From Phaeosaccion multiseriatum (Eukaryota > Protista > Ochrophyta, other classes): a stretch of 64,000 nt of DNA. Position 1 is the stretch's first letter, and every line of letters starts with the position of its first letter. The stretch spans positions 4,402,001-4,466,000 of the forward strand of contig OZ218952.1 of assembly GCA_965112735.1 (NCBI GenBank). The letters are read 5' to 3'. Below are positions 59,701-64,000 of this stretch, piece after piece. Position numbers and translations under genes: made by a program. The notes under the pieces were generated by a model, which saw only the letters and a program-made list of their open reading frames with translations, was not told the DNA's origin and ran no database searches.

Positions 59701-62700
59701 TGGGGGCGGTGGGAGGAGGAGGAGGAGGAGGAGCAGGAGGAGGTGGAGGAGCAGGAGGAGGAGGAGGAGGAGGAGCAGGAGGAGGTGGAGGAGGTGGAGG
59801 GTTTGGGGTGGGTTTGACTGGGTTTGATTCAGCGGAGGAGCAGAGAGCGGCTGGAATAGTAGGCGGAGGAGGAGGCGCTTACTTCGAATGCCCCGAGCTA
59901 CCATCGGGGCGGGTGCTGACCCTAACCATACTCTCCACTTGGGGAGATCCTCACTACGTTGGCCTTTCTGGCCTTGAGCTGTTCGACAGCGGAGGGCAAC
60001 TCATCACCTTACGAGATGCCAAGAGACAGGTCAAGGCAGAGCCCTCCACCACCACCACCACAGCTGCAGCCGTATCACCAACTGCTGCATCTGATCCTCG
60101 TACGGTGGACCGTCTCTTTGATGGGACTGTGTATACATGTGATGACATGCACGTTTGGCTCGCGGCGTGGGATGGGCGGGTCGGGGATGAGTGCCGAAGG
60201 AAAGGCGGTGGTGGAGGAGGTGGAGGCGGCGGTGGTGGTGGTGGTGGTGGAGGAGCAGGAGCAGGAGCAGGAGCGGGAGGAGGAGGAGGAGGAGGAGGAG
60301 GAGGGAATGACGGCGTGGTGACGGTGACGGTAACCTTGGATGCACCCACCACACTCGGCCTGATGCGCTTTTGGAACTACAACACATCACGAACGCACTC
60401 TTGCAGGGGTGTACGGTGGATAAGAGTGTGCTTTGATGAACAACTCATCTTTGATGGGGAAATACGCAAGGCGCCCGGAGGCCTTGAGCTAGGGCCCGAA
60501 CGGTGCAGCGAAGTGGTGCTCTTTAGCCTCGACGAGGGCTTGGTGGAGGCGCTGAGAAGGCATGACGAAGCGGAGACCCATGGGTTGTTAGGGGAGGGGG
60601 GGGGAGAGGAGGAGGGGGAGAGGAAAGGGAAGGGGGAGGGGGAGGGAAGGGATCGTCCTCGCACGAGCAGCGCCAAGGAATCACAGACAAAGGCAGGGGC
60701 AGCAGCTTTGAGGTCCTTAGCAGGGCAGCAGCAGCAACAGTTGGTGATACAGCAGCAGCTGTTGAGAGGTGGATGTGGCAAAGCAGCGACGACGAAGAAA
60801 AGTGGTGAAGCAGCACATGGCGACGACGATATGCACGAGGACGGTGAGGAGGGTATGGATGAGGTGGATGCTTTGCTGGCGAGCATGGGACCGCTCTCAG
60901 ATGAAGACAACGACCATGGCAAAGTTGGTGATACAGCAGCAGCGGCAGCAGCAGTTGGTGATACAGCAACTGATCGTATGGACGACGACGAGAAAGACGA
61001 AGACGCCCCTGCCTTGTCCTGTAAGAGAGGGGCAGCAGTTGGTGGTCCAGGAGAAGTTGGTGATACAGCAGCAGTTGGTGATACAGCCACAGCAGCCGAG
61101 GAGGAGGAGCTTGCCCTCCTGCCCCTTGCGCGTCGCATCACCCTGACCATTCTTAGCACGTGGGGCTGTTGTTCCTACGTAGGACTCACAGGGGTGCAGG
61201 TGCTCACAGGGGCGCAGCGCTCGCCAACCCTCGATGAACTGTCGGAGCGGTTTTCGCCAAATGTTAATCTGTCGGCGGGTCTGTCACGGTCAGGGTCAGG
61301 GTCAGAGTCAGGGTCAGGGTCAGGGTCAGAGTCAGGGTCAGGGTCAGGGGCAGGGTCAGGGTCAGGGTCAGGGTCAGGGTCAGGGGCAGGGGCAGGGGCA
61401 GGGTGGATACGAAAGGGGAGCGTCTCTGGCGCTGTCTCATGGGCAGCGGCGCCCTACAGAGATCTTGCGGATGCGGGCTTCGAAGGAGATCCTCGCTTGT
61501 TGGACAACCTCGGGGATGGAGTCAATGTAACCACGGATGGTCGACACATGTGGCTCGCACCTTTGCTCGACATCGGAGGGACAGGAGGAGGAGGAGGAGG
61601 AGGAGAGGGAGGAGGAGGAGGAGGAGGAGGTTTGGGGGGAGGGGTAGGCAATGGGAACAAGAGACACCCTCCGACCATCACGATCGATTTGGGTTCGCCC
61701 AAGCGCATCGCCGGACTTGTGGTTTGGAACTACAACAAAAGCGAGGAGGACTGCATACGGGGGGCCAAGCAGGTTCTGGTGTCTCTGGACGATGGGGAGG
61801 AGGGAGGAGGAGGAGGAGGAGGAGGAGGAGGAGGAGGTACTGTGCAGAGCTTTGTACTGCGCAAGGGGCTCGGGCACTGCCGAATGGGGGACTTCTCACA
61901 AGTGCTGCTGTTGGACGGCAAGGCACGAAGGAGAAGGAGAGAGAGGCAGATGCGGGGGGGGGGGGGGGAAGAAGGGCGACAGGCAACTCAGCAGAAGGGA
62001 AGCAAACAGCAGCAGCAGCAGCAGCAGCAGTTGGTGGTACAGCACCAGCGTCAGGCTTCTGTGACCACGACGTATGTATCACCACCTCTGCGGCAGGACT
62101 TTGAAACGCTGCTCCGCCCCTCGGGCCTCATGTTGCAGTTGGTGATCCACTCAACATGGGGCGACGCCTACTATGTGGGCCTGGACGGCTTGCAATTCTT
62201 CGACGGAGCGGGCGAGGAGATCAGAGTCAAGGCAACCCAGGTGAGGGCCGTGCCAGACAGCCTTGGAGCCATTGGACAGGAGGACGACTGTCGTGTGCCG
62301 GGCAACCTTGTCAATGGAGTGCATGGAGAGGAGCGAGTCGCCACCGCCGCCGCCGCCGCCGCCGCTGCTGCTACTACCGTACCACCAACTGCTGTACCAC
62401 CAACTGCAAAGGGCAGTAGAGTGTGGGGGCCACAGAAGCAGCAGCGGAGGAGCGCGCAGCACGCGTGGCTCGCCCCCCTGGCGTGCTCTCTCGGTCACGA
62501 CAGCACTTGCACTCGTATTGGTGCTGGTCCTGACACTCGGGGGGAGAATATGGTGTATGTGCTGTTCGACGCCCCTGTGACCCTCTCCATGTTGCGGCTG
62601 TGGAACTACAGCAAGACGCCCCAGAGGGGTGTGAAGGACTTTTCGCTCCTCCTGGATGGGGCCCTCCTCTTCTCGGGCAGCCTGGCGATGGCCGGCAATG

Positions 62701-63089
62701 GCGTCGCCACCACCACCTCCTCCTCCAGCACCATCTTCAATGACAGCCACAGCAGCAGGGGCAGGGGCGGGGGCCTCGCGAGAGACCACCATCCAGGGAA
62801 AGGAGCGTTGGCGACGACGGCGGATGACGAACTTCCCCAGGAGGGTCGTGAGGGGCAGCCTATCCTCTTCTCCAACGACCCGGGTCTGGTGCAGAGGGAG
62901 CGGCACAATGTACTGTACTGTGGAAGGGCCACACAAGACGTACTGTGCATTGACGAGCGACAGGTCAAGGAGCGTTCTAGGGCCATGTATGACACCGTGG
63001 CCATGCCCTTTGCCCAGGGGAGTAGGGTGGACTTGAGCAAGAGACCTTCCACGTCAGCCGTCGGAGGAGGAGGGGGACGAGCAGCATGA
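53748..63089 (+). CDS. KATNIP: Katanin-interacting protein (KIAA0556/KATNIP, DUF4457 repeats), 3 exons, heavily expanded by low-complexity inserts
   Basis: Exons 53748-53862, 54159-57016 and 57309-63089. N-terminal YLHLLQQRNRLKK...ERGF..FSGAN; three clear repeats of STWG..YVGL.G...D.R...L.DG...HxWLAP...WNY.K...RG. Confidence 0.9.
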
Positions 63090-63226
63090 TCCCAAGAGAA
63101 AGGGGGTCTTCGGATGTAGACATTGTAATAAAATAAAATAGAATAGAAATAAAAAACAAAACAAAAAAGAGAAAAAAAAAACTATATCTATAAAACAGCG
63201 TCATCATAAACAGAGAGAAGGCCAAG

Positions 63227-63402
63227 GACGCTTGAGCCCCCTGTTTGACGCTCTTTGACGCTCTTTGACGCACTTTGACGCCCGTTTATATGAATTCGCC
63301 TTAATTTACGTAACGTGTTCAGAGTCAGATGAAAATTGATCGAAGCCAGATAAAAGGTCGAAACAGGGCGTCAAAGCGCGTCAAACAGGGGGCTCAAGCG
63401 TC
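63227..63402. mobile_element. MITE-like/foldback element with about 35-bp inverted repeats containing TTTGACGC subrepeats
   Basis: Left arm GACGCTTGAGCCCCCTGTTTGACGCTCTTTGACGC versus right arm GCGTCAAAGCGCGTCAAACAGGGGGCTCAAGCGTC (one mismatch). Lies between the convergent KATNIP and HSP20 genes. Confidence 0.65.
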
Positions 63403-63508
63403 GTCAAACGTCGTCGCCCGTCGTCAAAGTAATCGTCTTTTATTTCATTTACAAAGCTATGTGTTTCCCCCTACTCTACCCTCCTGTACAAGCAAAGCTC
63501 CAATCCCC

Positions 63509-64000
63509 TCACTGGATGGTGATGGTCCTGGGCTTCATCTTGGGCACCGCGACGCTCATAGCCTCCGGCCCTCCCTCACCCGCCTCTCCCTGCACGAAGG
63601 ACGCGCTGATGGCCCCCACGTCGGCGTCCTTGGCGAGCCTGAGGCGGCGCTCTCTGGACCTCACCGCCGCACCCTGCCCCTCCTCGCCCTCCTGCTGCTG
63701 CTGACGGTGGGTCGTCGTGATGACCAGAGTGGCGTTGTCCTCCTCAAGCTTGATGGTCACGTCCTCCTTCTCCAGCCCCTCCGGGAGGAACACCTTCGCC
63801 GCGTACCCCTCCTCCGTCGGCGTCGCGATGTCCACTTGCATCTCAGCGCGTTTGGCCTCGAGCACCTTCTGCAGCCGAGCCCGCTCCTTCTGCTGCACCT
63901 GCTCCTCCGTTAGCGGCTTGAGGTTGGGGGGAGGCGTCGTGGAGCTGCTTGTGGAGTTGCTCGCCAAGCCCCAGTCCTTCTCGAAGTCCCTGACGAGCCC
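63509..64000 (-). CDS. Small heat-shock protein (HSP20/alpha-crystallin domain), 5' end outside window
   Basis: Frame open to the window edge; VFLPEGLEKEDVTIKL, LVIT, RERRLRLAKDAD..AISASF, MSVAVPK and C-terminal I-x-I (TITIQ*). Confidence 0.8.
   Translation of the reverse strand, partial: GLVRDFEKDWGLASNSTSSSTTPPPNLKPLTEEQVQQKERARLQKVLEAKRAEMQVDIATPTEEGYAAKVFLPEGLEKEDVTIKLEEDNATLVITTTHRQQQQEGEEGQGAAVRSRERRLRLAKDADVGAISASFVQGEAGEGGPEAMSVAVPKMKPRTITIQ

Noticed and set aside
61288-61403. (GGGTCA)n as a telomeric or nuclear-receptor-like array
   Set aside because: It is in frame within KATNIP exon 3, encoding a GS/GA linker; simplest explanation is a coding microsatellite.
62136-62150. Further copy of the TTGGTGATACAG motif (CAGTTGGTGATCCAC)
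   Set aside because: It encodes the LQLVIHSTWG strand of a DUF4457 repeat and is not in a CAG tract, so it is probably coincidental and was not counted.
1-64000. tRNA, rRNA, spliceosomal snRNA genes or autonomous transposons
   Set aside because: No recognisable motifs or transposase/reverse-transcriptase ORFs were seen by eye; a covariance-model scan would be needed to exclude them fully.

Overview
Gene-dense, GC-rich eukaryotic nuclear DNA, not prokaryotic. It has about 19 protein-coding loci, most with GT-AG introns full of microsatellites. A signal peptide plus AF-type plastid presequence, a Derlin with a long targeting extension and the ciliary gene KATNIP suggest a flagellated alga with a complex red plastid, most likely an ochrophyte stramenopile (inference). 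Loci in order: 3' end of a single-pass membrane protein; HIS6; intronless PPR-SMR gene (frameshifted); secreted somatomedin-B/PPC-like protein; GDP-sugar transporter; small plastid-targeted protein; Derlin; an inverted pseudo-copy of the small protein; hypothetical protein; UDP-glucose pyrophosphorylase; choline-transporter-like protein; NCLDV-type ankyrin gene (frameshifted); Tudor-like protein; purine nucleoside phosphorylase with a C-terminal hydrophobic tail; CHASE-type hybrid histidine kinase (frameshifted, apparently internally deleted); large P-loop/AAA+ protein; renalase-like oxidoreductase; TMEM45-like protein; KATNIP; HSP20. Main observations: (1) a PPR-SMR array of near-identical 105-nt repeats whose code residues spell C-U-Y-?-U-A-C-G-G-G-A-A, close to the conserved SSU rRNA segment CUCCUACGGGAG; (2) a 14-bp motif AGTTGGTGRTACAG in about 20 exact or near-exact copies plus degenerate ones, mostly inside CAG/CTG tracts, on both strands and in several reading frames; (3) a 202-nt structured intronic element that is 97% identical between a gene and its broken paralog; (4) polarised, often complementary microsatellites at intron ends; (5) two MITE-like elements. 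Gene models were spliced by eye and no database searches were run.
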